Of a stretch of DNA of 40,316 bases, positions 12,476 through 23,864 are shown one piece after another. The stretch covers positions 1 through 40,316 of the forward strand of contig NW_021835397.1 of the NCBI RefSeq assembly GCF_006345805.1, written 5' to 3'. The translations under genes and the position numbers were made by a program. The stretch comes from Octopus sinensis (Eukaryota). A model generated the notes under the pieces. That model had not been told where the DNA came from. It made no database searches and saw only the letters and a list, made by a program, of their open reading frames with translations. The stretch's first letter is position 1. Each line of letters starts with the position of its first letter.

Positions 12476-12795
12476 ATATGCATTCACAGAAATGAACAGG
12501 GTCATTTCTGAACAGGTCATAGGCCATTTCATCAGGAAAAATTAACAAGGTGCAATATTCTTCTGAGAACGAATTACGATTATAACATTGCTGCTAGGGT
12601 AAATTATCGCTCTGTTTTACGAGTTTTCACTTCACAAGTGGTCTCCGGGAACTCGTATATTGAGGCCTACTGTAGTTCTATGTTGCACTTCAGTTATTTT
12701 AGACTTCTTTTAAAGCTTCGTTGTTTGTGACTATCTGATTTCGTTTCTCGGGAACTAGAAAAGTTCAGGAAATACTGAGACCCTCCTGTAATACT

Positions 12796-13140
12796 GGTTT
12801 GAAAATTTGGGATAAGGTCAGCAGTTGTGGAGGCAAATGGTTAAGCCGATTAAATTTACCATATTGCTCAAATGGTACTTTATTTATCGACCCGGAAAGG
12901 ATGAAAAACAACATCTCCCCCGGTGGAATTGGAACTCAGAACGTAAAGACGGACGAAATGCAATTTGGCATATTGTTCAACACTGCAGCTCGATGCCCTA
13001 AACCTTCCTGTAATATTCTTTTGTACTAAAGTCACAAGGCCTAAAATTATTTTGTGGGTGCGGGACTAGTCGACGACTAGCGTTTCACTGGTACTTAATT
13101 TACCGACTCCGGAAGGATGAAAGAAAAGTTTACCGTTGGT
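12796..13140 (-). mobile_element. Two degenerate SINE family B fragments
   Basis: ggtactttatttatcgacccggaaaggatgaa and gaactcagaacgtaaagacggacgaaat match 21550-21650. Confidence 0.75.
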
Positions 13141-13187
13141 GACGTCCTGTACCCATATATGCATATGTATGTATATATATATATATA

Positions 13188-13991
13188 TAAAACTTAGATA
13201 AAACTTAGATATGTTTCGACCAGAGATTGGTCCAGGCCATGTCTAACTTAATAGCACCACCTGATAGGATTATTCGAATCCTGTTTAAGTCAAGTTTTGT
13301 TCAAGTAGTGAGTTCTTGTTGGGTGAGTTGTATCCAGTTTTGTTCAAGTAGTGAGTTCTTGTTGGGTGAGTTGTATCCAATTATGGGTGGCTTATCTGGT
13401 ATTCTTTGAAGGAATCTATCCAGACTCTGTTTGAAGTGATGGGATCCTTTTCCACTTTGATCTCCCTCGGTACAATGTAAATAGGGCAGGGCCTGTTGAG
13501 GAAAAGAAATTATGTTGCAGTGTACATGTATGTTGTGATCTTGAATTTGGCAGGGGACGTATAGCCCGTGGTCCAAGTCTCGGATGAACCTTGAAGCTAA
13601 TGTTTAGGTCGTTTGGGCAAAGTTGGCGTATATTTTCCACATCGTACAAATGATGTACCGCTCACGGCGACGCTGGAGGGAGTAAAGTTTCAAGGCTTTA
13701 AGGCGATCCCAATAGTCGAGAGCACCATGCCTCAATTTGTTTAGTGAGAGCCCTCTGGGGTGACTCAATTCTGGAGATGTTTTGTCTTGTGTGAGGAGAC
13801 CACAGTGGGCAGCAGTATTCAAGGTGTGGCCGTACAAAGGATGAAAAAAGTGGTATGATGACACCTTGTTCTCTGGACCGGAAAGTTCTTAAGATCCAGG
13901 AACTCATCCTACGAGCTGTATCGACCTTCTTGTTGATGTGTGCACTCCAACTGAGATCGTCATCAACAATTACACCCAGGTCTCTGATATT
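13188..13991 (-). mobile_element. Second 5'-truncated CR1-like LINE of a different family, frameshifted
   Basis: Minus strand: IRDLGVIVDDDLSWSAHINK...WILRTFRSRE...VRPHLEYCCPLWSPH...DYWDRLKALKLYSLQRRRERYII...LDRFLQRIPDKP. The tail is (ATCTAAGTTTT)x2, and there is a 43-bp tandem duplication at 13293-13378. Confidence 0.92.
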
Positions 13992-14004
13992 GTTATATTT
14001 ATAT

Positions 14005-14164
14005 TTATTTATTTATTGCCCACAAGGTGCTAAACATAGAAGGGACAAAGAAGGACAGACAAAGATATTAAGTCGATTACATCGACCCCAGTACGTAACG
14101 GCAGACGAAATATCGCTAAGCATTTCGCCCGGCGCGTTAACGTTACTGCCAACTCGCCGCCTTA
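14005..14164 (-). mobile_element. SINE family B copy with internal deletion
   Basis: The head ...ctcgccgcctta and the tail cccacaagg...aagtcgattacatcgaccccagt match 21470-21691. The middle is lost at an acgtaac microhomology. Confidence 0.85.
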
Positions 14165-14171
14165 TGCATAT

Positions 14172-14225
<54 letters not shown>

Positions 14226-14269
14226 TATATATATATATATATATATATGCATATATATATGCATATATA

Positions 14270-14795
14270 CGAGGGTGAGTCAAAAAGTAATGCCATTTTG
14301 TTTAGGACAGGTATAATTACCAACATAGGAACATGTATTATACATCAAAATGAAGCTGGTCCTCTTTGGATCACATCCCGACTTCTCAACATTGTCACCC
14401 TTTATCTCAATAGCAATATTCCGCCTTCGAATGAGAGCATGTATCCCTGTCCCGCAAAATTCTGCTGACTCTTCTTTGAGCCATTTCTTCACTACAGTTT
14501 CCATTTTCTCGTCACTGGAATAATGTTTGCTTCTCAAACCCTCTTTCGTGGCGCCGAAGAGATGATAGTCTGGTGAGTGTGGAGATAGTGAAGAACAGTC
14601 AATAGAATTTTACGGGGCAGGGATACGTGCTCCATTCGAAGGTGGAACAATCCTATTGAGATAAACGGTGACTATGTTTAGAAAGAGGGATGTGATCCAC
14701 AGAGGATCAACTTCATTTTAATGTGTGATACAGGTTCCTATGTTGGTAATTACACCTGTCCTAAACAAAATGGCATTACTTTTTGACTCACCCTC

Positions 14796-14796
<1 letters not shown>
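14270..14796. mobile_element. Mariner-derived fold-back MITE (527 bp) with about 200-bp inverted arms
   Basis: TA-cgagggtgagtcaaaaagtaatgcc ... ggcattactttttgactcaccctcg-TA. Arms 14270-14470 and 14597-14796 both carry the transposase C-terminal coding end (DYHLFGATKEGLRSKHYSSDEKMETVVKKWL...GIHALIRR on the minus strand). Confidence 0.93.
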
Positions 14797-14847
<51 letters not shown>

Positions 14848-15013
14848 TGTATGTATCAAACATGTATATGTTTAGATATTCATAACATGTGTATGAAATA
14901 AATACCCATTCTCATAGACGTAAACAGCAATAGACACACACCACACACACACACAATATCCATCTGTAATATGTATGTATATATATATTATATATATATA
15001 TATATATATATTA

Positions 15014-15067
<54 letters not shown>

Positions 15068-15083
15068 TATAATATATATGATG

Positions 15084-15125
<42 letters not shown>

Positions 15126-15366
15126 ATATATAATTACATACACACATACATACCGCCACATACCTAATGGGTGTTGTGCCGGGGTGGTGTGTATATATAT
15201 ATTTTATGTCTATTTGCTGATGTATAATGTGTTCTGGTTCATTTGATATCTGCGATTCTTACAACTTTGTAAATTGTCCTTCAACAAGATAACGCTTATC
15301 TTTATATGTGTAGACAAGCAAACGGAAGGAATGAAGTGAGCGAGATGATAAAGGCGTTGCTCGAGG

Positions 15367-16570
15367 ATGGGAGGGCATGGGGGGAGTCGCGTGGTGGTAA
15401 TTGGCGGTGGTGGTGGTGTTGGTAGTGGTGGTGGTGGCGGTTGTTGTAATGGTGGTGGTGGTAGTGGTACTGTTCTTAATGGTGATAGTTCTGGTGGTAG
15501 TGGTGGTTGTGGTGGTGATGGGTTTGTTAGTAGTGACGGTACTAGTGGAGGTAGTGGTGGTGGCGGTGGTTGTGGTTGTGGTGGTGGTAGTGGTACTGTT
15601 CTTAATGGTGATAGTTCTGGTGGTAGTGTTGATGGTGGTGATGGGTTTGTTAGTAGTGATGGTACTAGTGGAGGTAGTGGTGGTGGCGGTGGTTGTGGTG
15701 GTGGCGGTGGTTGTGGTGGTGGAGGTAGTGGTACTGTTGTTAATGGTGATGGTTCTGGTGGTAGTTGTAGTGGTGGTAGTGGTGGTATTAGTGGTGGTAT
15801 TAGTGGTGGTGGCGGTTGTTGTATTGGTAGTGGTACTATTAACGGTGATAGTTCTGGTGTTAGTGGTGGTGGCGGTGGTTGTAGTGGTACTGCTGTTAAT
15901 GGTGATGGTTCTGGTGATAGAGGTGGTGGTTATGGTTGTAGTAGTGGTAGCGGTGGTTGTACTGGATTGGTTAGTGTGGTGATGAAGGTAATGGCGATGG
16001 TGCTAGTGGTAGCGCTGACGTTAGTAGTAGTGGTAGTAGTAACAGTAGAAATAGTAGTTTTAGTAGTAGTAGTAGTAGCAGATTTGTTGGCGCATTTACT
16101 GGTGGTAGTAGTACTGGAAGTGGGGTTGGTAGTGGTGGTCATGGCAATACTAAGTATTAGTAATGGTGGTGTTGGTGGTAGTGGTGCTGGTGATGTTAGA
16201 GGATAACGTCGTAGCAGAGAGGTTTGCAGTGGTGGTGGTGGTGGTGGTGGTGCCAGGGAGATTAGCTAATAGTGGTGGTGGAGGTAGTGGTAGTGGTGCA
16301 GTGATGCTGAAGGTAATAGCGTTGGTAATGATGTTGATGGTGGTGATGGTGGTGGTGGTGGTGACGGTGGTAACGGTGTTGTTGATAGTGGTGGTGGTGG
16401 TGGTGGTAGTGGTAATGGTGGTGTTACTTAATAGTGGTGATGTTGGCGGAGATAGCTATTACTAAAGATGGCTGTGGTGTTGCTGGAGTTGCGGGGGCGG
16501 GTGGGTGTTGGCGATGATGATCACGTGAGTCGGGGCGTGGTGGTGGTGGTGGTGGTGGTGGTGGTGATGC
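15367..16570 (+). repeat. (GGT/AGT/TGT)n low-complexity trinucleotide region with higher-order repeats, containing a 279-codon Gly-rich ORF (15367-16206)
   Basis: Degenerate NGT triplets, with the unit ggtact(g/a)...aatggtgat(a/g)gttctggt recurring at 15466, 15592, 15730, 15832 and 15886. Coding status is unsupported. Confidence 0.85.
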
Positions 16571-16890
16571 TTAAACACACACGAATGGGTGGGGGGAAAC
16601 AACAGATTGGCACAGCATAACTGGGAGAGGTGGGATGAAATGATGATATGAAATGATAGTGACAAGGGTGGGTACAGGGTGGGGGAGTAGTGGTGGGGTG
16701 GATGTGGAGGGGTAGGTAGTTCAGTGGTGGAGTGTAGGGGTGGTGGCGTTGGCGGGTGGCGGTGGCGGGTGGCGGTGGCGGTGGCGGGTGGTGGTGGGTG
16801 GCGTGTTTCGGGTGGATTATGTCGAATAGTTTCACGCAGTACTTGTGTTCGCACACGTGCGTGTGTATTTTTGTGCATGTGTACGGTATG

Positions 16891-16896
<6 letters not shown>

Positions 16897-16948
<52 letters not shown>

Positions 16949-17316
16949 GTGTGTGTGAGTTTGTGTGTGTAATTCTGTGTGCGTTGATTATACAGACAAA
17001 TGTACAGCTATAAAACAACATAAAATACAGACATGTATGTGTATTTGTCTACGTGCATGTATGTATGTATGTATGTATGTGTGTGTATGTATGTATGTAT
17101 GTGTGTGTATGTATATATGTATGTATGTACGTATGTATGTATGTATGTATGTACGTACGTATGTATGTATGTATGTATATATGCATGTATGTATGTATGT
17201 ACGTACGTATGTATGTATGTATATATGTATGTATGTATGTATTTATGTACGTATGTATGTATGTATGCATGTATGCATGTATGTATGTATGTATGTATGT
17301 ATATATGCATGTATGT
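16897..17316. repeat. (TG)n and (TATG)n microsatellites
   Basis: Direct reading. Confidence 0.96.
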
Positions 17317-17346
17317 ATAACATACACAGACACATTCACACACATA

Positions 17347-17774
17347 TACTCTTTTACCCTTTTGTTTCAGCTAATTGACTGCAGCCATACTGGAGCACCG
17401 CCTTTAGTCGAACAAATCGACCCCAGGACTTAGTCTTTGTAAGCCTAGTACATATTCTATCGGTTCCCCTTTGCCGAGCCGCTAAGTTACGGGGACGTAA
17501 ACACACCAGCATCGGTTGTCAAGCGATGTTGGGGGAGGGTGCAAACATAGACACACACTCATAGACGCACACATACACATATATGTATATATGCAGATAT
17601 ATATATGACGGGCTTCTTTCAGTTTCCGTCTACCAAATCCACTCACAAGGCTAAGGTCATCCCGAGACTATAGTACAGTAGAAGACACTAGACCAAGGTT
17701 CCATGCAGTGGGACTGAACCTCGAACCATGTGGTTGGTAAGCAAGCTACTTATCAGACAGCCACTCCTGCGCCT
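17347..17774 (-). mobile_element. SINE family A, full length (tRNA-derived, CORE-like segment, internal microsatellite)
   Basis: Reverse complement of 18397-18794 along its whole length. The head is aggcgcaggagtggctgt and the tail is (aaaagagt)-like. Confidence 0.92.
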
Positions 17775-17851
17775 ACACATATATATACATATGCATATAT
17801 ATGTGTATATATATATATGTGTATATATATATATATATATACATATATATA

Positions 17852-18228
17852 CGAGCAAAACGCCCCCCCGTCCAATGGACGGTACTGAGTTGTCAAACAT
17901 TTAAACCAAATTTTCTCAAAACTTGTCCAACTGTCCCATAGGCCACCCCTTTGAGAAACACTTATTTAACCTAAATTCGAGACACCAGCAAAAGAAGAAA
18001 TAAAGACTTTTTTTCTATTCCAAAGAAAAACGATTTTACAAATGCACGTTCCCACGGCTTTATCGATCGCATACTCACCTGGAATCAATTTTTATAATTT
18101 TTCAAGACTTATACACGCCCTGATACCGTCGGTATCTACATATCAAATTTGTGCGCAATCGGATGGAGGATGCTCGAGATCCTAGAAGACACACAGAGAG
18201 ACAGAACAGATTTTAAATAATATATAAT
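17852..18228 (-). mobile_element. Probable second non-autonomous Helitron (older, different family)
   Basis: The left end a|cgag is a one-base variant of a|ctag. A hairpin ccgtcca-a-tggacgg lies at 17868-17882. The right part tatcaaatttgtgcgcaatcgg...acagagagacagaacagattttaaataatata has the same architecture as 11280-11381. Confidence 0.65.
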
Positions 18229-18396
18229 ACATATATATATATATATATGCATGCATACATACGTATTTATGTATGTATGTCTATATGTACCAGTTGTATT
18301 TTGGCTGGTAACTTGATCTGAGGTGGTGTGAGGAAATTGAAACAGCTACGTCATGATAGAGTCACGAAATTCATTAAAACATTCAAAATAGCCACT

Positions 18397-18794
18397 GGAG
18401 TGGCTGTGTGGTAAGTAGCTTGCTAACCAACCACATGGTTCCGGGTTCAGTCCCACTGCGTGGCATTTTGGGCAAGTGTCTTCTGCTATAGCCCCGGGCC
18501 GACCAATGCCTTGTGAGTGGATTTGGTAGACGGAAACTGAAAGAAGCCTGTCGTATATATGTATATATATATATATACGTGTGTGTGTTTGTGTTTGTCC
18601 CCCTAGCATTGCTTGACAACCGATGCTGGTGTGTTTACGTCCCCGTCACTTAGCGGTTCGGCAAAAGAGACCGATAGAATAAGTACTGGGCTTACAAAGA
18701 ATAAGTCCCGGGGTCGATTTGCTCGACTAAAGGCGGTGCTCCAGCATGGCCGCAGTCAAATGACTGGAACAAGTAAAAGAGTAAAAAAGAGTAA
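18397..18794 (+). mobile_element. SINE family A, near full length
   Basis: A-box TGGCTGTGTGG (18401-18411), B-box GGTTCAGTCCC (18444-18454), CORE-like ttgggcaagtg, internal (TA)n(TG)n and tail gtaaaagagtaaaa. Confidence 0.93.
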
Positions 18795-19008
18795 ATAGAA
18801 TGCTTTGTAACGTAAACGGTGCTACATTTATTGAGATGTTGGGTATGCTTTGTCCCATTTGTAGACCTTCACGAGTGTTTACGGTGTTTACAAGTACCCA
18901 CATACTCACACACACTCACACATACACTTACACACGAGCACACACACAGACACACGCACCCACACACATATGCACATACATAAATGTATATCAATATATA
19001 TCTGTCCT

Positions 19009-19408
19009 AAGGCGGCGAGCTGGTAGAAACTTTAGGCCGCCGGGCGAAATGCGTAGCCATATTTCATTTGCCGTTACGTTCAGAGTTCAAATTCCGCCGA
19101 GTTCGACTTTGCCTTTCATCCTTTCGAGGTCGGTTAAATAAGTACCAGTTACGCACTGGGGTCGATATAATCGACTTAATCCGTTTGTCTGTTCTTGTTT
19201 GTCCCCTCTGTGTGTAGCACATTGCGGGCAGTAAAGAAATAGGTATTTCGTCTCTCTTTACGTTCTGAGTTCAAATTCCGCCGAGTTCGACTTTGCCTTT
19301 AATCCTTTCGGGGTCGATAAATTAAGTAGCAGTTGCGTTCTTGGCTCGATCTAATCGACTGCCCCATCCCCAGATTGTCGGGCTTTGTGCCTAGAGTAGA
19401 AAAGAATA
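19009..19408 (+). mobile_element. SINE family B, dimeric
   Basis: Head aaggcggcgagctggtagaa and B-box GAGTTCAAATT. The block cgactttgccttt(c/a)atcctttcg(a/g)ggtcg...aagta(c/g)cagtt occurs twice, with the second unit starting at about 19243. Confidence 0.9.
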
Positions 19409-19839
19409 TATATCCATCCTGGGTCTGACCTTACACTGCATCCGAGAGTGAAGCTCGAATTCTGGGTTTTTGGAGTTGTGGGGAAGCGTGGAGTCACTTC
19501 TTAGTTACCATTACTACCAGATTCATGGTGGTACGGAACTGCAGTGCCTGTCAGAGCTCTGTCGATGAAATAAATATATTTCCCAGGGGTAGAGGAGGCT
19601 CCCGTTTATTATTATTTGACATAGCCCTCGGGAAATTAGTCCTTCTAGGATAAAGATAATCTGACGTAAAAATTGCAGTCAAAATATTATGAGTTATTTT
19701 GTAATGCTTCTCACTGGGACCTGCGTAATATGGCGACTGAAAGAGGGGTAAGAGTATTGTTACTTAAATCCAATGACGTGCAGATACCTCGCTATCATGA
19801 GGCGAGGCAGCTACCAGCTGACAATATGAGGCAATTGTG

Positions 19840-20305
19840 TATGTATGTATGTATGTATGTATGTATGTATGTATGTATGTATGTATGTATATGTGTATAT
19901 GTGTATGCATGGATGGATGGATGTATATGTGTATGTATGCATGTATGTATATATGTATGTATGTATGTATGTAGTATGTATGTATGTATGTATGTATGTA
20001 TGTATGTATGTATGTATGTATGTATGTATGTATGATGTATGTATGTATGTTGTGTATGTATGTACGTATGTATGTATGTATGTATGTATGTATGTACGTA
20101 TGTATGTATATACATAAATATATATGCATACGTAGATATACATATGTATCAACGCATATATGTATATATATATATATATCTATGTCAATATATATATATA
20201 TATATTTAGTTTTATGTGTATATATATGTATATTTGTATATGTGTGTGAGTGAATATGTATACACACATATATATGTATATATGTGTGTGTGTGTGATGT
20301 GTGTG

Positions 20306-20340
<35 letters not shown>

Positions 20341-21151
20341 ATACAGATATACATTTATACATATAATATATATATATATATATATGAACATGAGTGTTTA
20401 TGTATATTACACTTGTATATATACATACATGGGGACGTGCTTATACATGTTCATACATACATACATACACACATACATATATACATACATACATACATAC
20501 ATACATACATACATACATACAGGCATACCTACGTACATGCCTCCATGTTAGTCTATTACATCCGTATGTTGTTTGCCTCCCTATTCTCTACTCAACGCCA
20601 TGGAAGTAGGTGGAGGGGTGGGCAGGTGGGCTAAAAATATATTTGACGACTCAACTCGCCATATTTCACTGCTGTTGGCATTTATTGTGCCATCTTTTCT
20701 TCTGGAGCTGAACGAAACATCGGCAAACATGTACCATTAGCACTAAGTACTCTGGTGCCGACAGATGTGCAGCTATTAGGCGAAATCATGCAAGAGAATT
20801 CTCAGAGTTTATTCAACAGAAGATATCTCTTTAAAGCGAGAATGAAATATTAACTGTTGAGATGAATGCGCGCGCGTCTTATGCATGTGTGTGCGTGTGT
20901 CTGTGTGTGCGTTAGTGTATATGTTCTGTTTCTGCATGTATGTATGCATGTATGTATGAATGTATGTATGTATGTATGTATGTATGTATGAATGTATGTA
21001 TGTATCTATGTATGTATGTATGTATGAATGTATGTATGTATGTATGTATGTATGTATGTATGTATGTATGTATGTATGAATGTATGTATGTATGTATGTA
21101 TGTATGTATGTATGTACGTATGTATTATTATTATTATTATCATTATTATTA

Positions 21152-21207
<56 letters not shown>

Positions 21208-21229
21208 GTTGTTGTTGTTGTTGTTGTTG

Positions 21230-21293
<64 letters not shown>
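19840..21293. repeat. (TATG)n/(TA)n/(CATA)n field ending in a 170-bp (TTA)n(TTG)n(TTA)n tract
   Basis: Direct reading. The tract 21123-21293 abuts the 3' end of the minus-strand SINE and produces the poly-N, poly-I, poly-L and poly-Y ORFs. Confidence 0.93.
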
Positions 21294-21294
<1 letters not shown>

Positions 21295-21691
21295 TCTTCT
21301 CAAGCCATAAGGCCTTCAAAATTTTTTGGGAAGGCGGCTACTCGATTACATCGACTCCAGTAAGTAACTGGTACTTATCTAATTGACCCCGAAAGGATGA
21401 AAGGCAAAGTCGACCTCGTCGGAATTTGAACTCAGAACGTAGCGGCGGAAGGAATACCTATTTTTTTACTACCCACAAGGGGCTAAACATAGAGGGGACA
21501 AACAAAGACAGACAAACGGATTAAGTCGATTACATCGGCCCCAGTGTCCAACTGGTACTTAATTTATCGACCCCGAAAAGATGAAAGGCAAAGTCGACCT
21601 CGGCGGAATTTGAACTCAGAACGTAACGGCAGACTAAATACGGCTACGCATTTCGCCCGGCGTGCTAGCATTTCTGCCAGCTCGCCGCCTT
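21291..21691 (-). mobile_element. SINE family B, dimeric
   Basis: Reverse complement of 19009-19408, including both units. Confidence 0.9.
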
Positions 21692-21805
21692 GTATGTATG
21701 TATGTATGTATGTATGTATGTATGTATGGATGGATGGATGGATGGATTGATGGATGGATGGATGGATGTTGTTGTATATGTGTGTATGTTGCTGGCGTGT
21801 TGCAT

Positions 21806-21955
21806 GGGTCGATTTTGCCTTTCATCCTTTCGGGGTCGATAAATTAAGAGCCTTGTGTCTAGAGTACAAAAGAATATAAGTAACAGTTGAGCACTGGGAT
21901 CGTTGCAATTGACTTATGTATTTCCTGGAAATTGCTGGCCTTGTGCCAAAATTTA
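21806..21955 (+). mobile_element. SINE family B 3' fragment, rearranged
   Basis: ggtcgattttgcctttcatcctttcggggtcgataaattaag...gccttgtgtctagagtacaaaagaata. Confidence 0.75.
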
Positions 21956-22378
21956 AAAGCAGTGTTTGGACACATGAATGGTTCGAGCGGAGTATAAAAT
22001 CAAACGAATCTTGGAAATGGCAGAGAAAAGAAAAGAATTATGAAAGAGTGAACAAGCTTCGTAAGAATTGAAGTACTTCAACAGACCGAGCTCTTACAGA
22101 AGAGTTAGTTATCATTACTGAAGGGAATTGAGCAAATGTGTCTTCTGTGAAGAGAAAAATAAAAATGTAAAGAACCTTTGTTATTGGTTTCAACGAAAGG
22201 CTAAACTAGCGAACCCCACAGGGATTACGTTTTCAAACTCTACAGTAACACAATGTTCTCAGAATAATCCATTGATGAAAATTGCGATGGAAGTATGGAT
22301 TCCAAGTACTTCTGAAGTGGAAACAGAATGGCATTGAGATTATAGTTGTGGAGAAGACATGAAATCTTAAGCAAGAGG

Positions 22379-22663
22379 AAGGTTCGGTCTGGCTGCTATT
22401 TTTAGCCATGACTGTAGCAACAGAAGTGGGTTGGGAAGGCGTGAAGTTTTAAACAAAAAGAAGGTTCGATCTGGCTGCTATTTTTAGCAATGACTGTAGC
22501 AACAGAAGTGGGTTGGGAAGGCGTGAAGTTTTAAACAAAAAGAAGGTTCGATCTGGCTGCTATTTTTAGCAATGACTGTAGCAACAGAAGTGGGTTGGGA
22601 AGGCGTGAAGTTTTAAACAAAAAGAAGGTTCGATCTGGCTGCTATTTTTAGCAACGAATGTAG
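22379..22663. repeat. 82-bp tandem repeat, about 3.5 copies
   Basis: The unit aaggttcgatctggctgctatttttagcaatgactgtagcaacagaagtgggttgggaaggcgtgaagttttaaacaaaaag starts at 22379, 22461, 22543 and 22625. Confidence 0.97.
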
Positions 22664-23035
22664 CTAAATGTATACTGTTCTTTTTATATATTTTAATTTT
22701 TCGATTCTGGCCATGCTGGGTCAGAACCACACACACCTATTCGTACACACAAACACATACATACATATACATACACACTTATACACATCACACACGCGCG
22801 TGCCCACACATTATGATTTCGTTTCCCATAATTTTTCACATATTTCTTAAAAGAGCAAGAATGAAATACTTTTAGTGGTGGGCATGAAAAAAGTAGCCAC
22901 AGGAGATAACAAGAAAATATTACAGAAGCAGAACATACCAATTCTAACATTTTGTGAATGATCGGGAAAAGGGTTAAGACGGTGGGACTTCGTTATTCAA
23001 ATCGGGGTGCAATAATGCCTGGTACTTTAATTTAC

Positions 23036-23338
23036 TGAGGCACGTGGCCTAGTAATTAGAGCAGCGGACTCGCGGTCGAGGGATCGCGGGTTCGAATCTC
23101 AGACCGGGCGATGTGTGTGTTTATGAGCGAAACACCTAAACTCCACGCGACTCCGGCAGAAGGTAATGGCGAAACTTGAGCTGACTCTTTCGCCACAACT
23201 TTCTCTCACTCTTCCCTCCTGCATCTTGCAGCTCACCCGCGACGGACCGGCGTCCCGTCCAGGTGGGGAACCTATACGCCAAGGAAACCGGGAAACCGGC
23301 CCTTATGAGCCAGGTGTGGCTCGAGAAGGAACAAACAA
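23036..23338 (+). mobile_element. SINE family C, full length with 12-bp TSD
   Basis: tRNA-like head gaggcacgtggcctagtaattagagcagcggac...GGTTCGAATC and (AAAC)n tail. The TSD actttaatttac lies at 23024-23035 and 23339-23350. Confidence 0.94.
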
Positions 23339-23400
23339 ACTTTAATTTACGGAAGGGTTTGTAGGTATTAATTCGCCGCTCAATAATTAAATGGTATTTT

Positions 23401-23850
23401 AAGGCGCTGAGATCGTTAGCACGCAGAACGAAATGCTTAGCGGTATTTCGTTTGTCTTTACGTTCTGAGTTCAAATTCCACCGAGGTCAAATTTGCCTTT
23501 CATCCTTTTGGGGTCGATGAATTAAGTACTAGTTGTGTACTGAGATCAATCAAATCGACTGGTCCCCCCCCCCAAATTTCTAGCCTTTATTCCTAAAGTA
23601 GAACAGAATGATTAAATGAAATTTTAAGGCGTTGAGCTGGTAGAATCGTTAGCACGTAGAACGAAATACTTTTTGCAACGTTTCGCCCGTCCTTCCGTTC
23701 TGAGTTCAAATTCCATCGAAGTCGTCTTTGCTTTTCATCCTTTCAGGGTCGATAAAATAAGTACCATTTGAGCCCCGGGGTCATTGTAATCGATTTATCG
23801 AGAATATTGGCCTTATTTCAGAATTTGAAACCATTGTTATTATTATTATT
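23401..23850 (+). mobile_element. Two tandem monomeric SINE family B copies
   Basis: Copies start at 23401 and 23626, each aaggcg...cgttagcacg...gttctgagttcaaattcc...gccttt/gctttt-catcctt...ggtcgat. Confidence 0.85.
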
Positions 23851-23864
23851 TTATGATTGACTTT

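Noticed and set aside
19410-19580. Possible further degenerate dispersed repeat
   Set aside because: It looks repeat-like from memory, but there is no second copy in the window and no diagnostic termini to support a call.
21960-22340. Purine-rich stretch with a 69-aa ORF, possibly an old LINE or an exon
   Set aside because: No recognisable domain motif or splice structure.
22379-22663. CRISPR-like regular repeat
   Set aside because: The whole 82-bp unit is repeated with no unique spacers, there are no cas genes, and the context is eukaryotic.
23036-23110. tRNA gene (also 40190-40262 and the heads of SINE A and B)
   Set aside because: A/B boxes are present, but they continue into SINE bodies with tails (and TSDs for family C), and no complete cloverleaf is evident.
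23136-23474. Complex-looking ORFs at 23136..23474, 18346..18798, 18800..19141, 21544..21750 and 39869..40187
   Set aside because: They lie within SINE sequences and are incidental reading frames.
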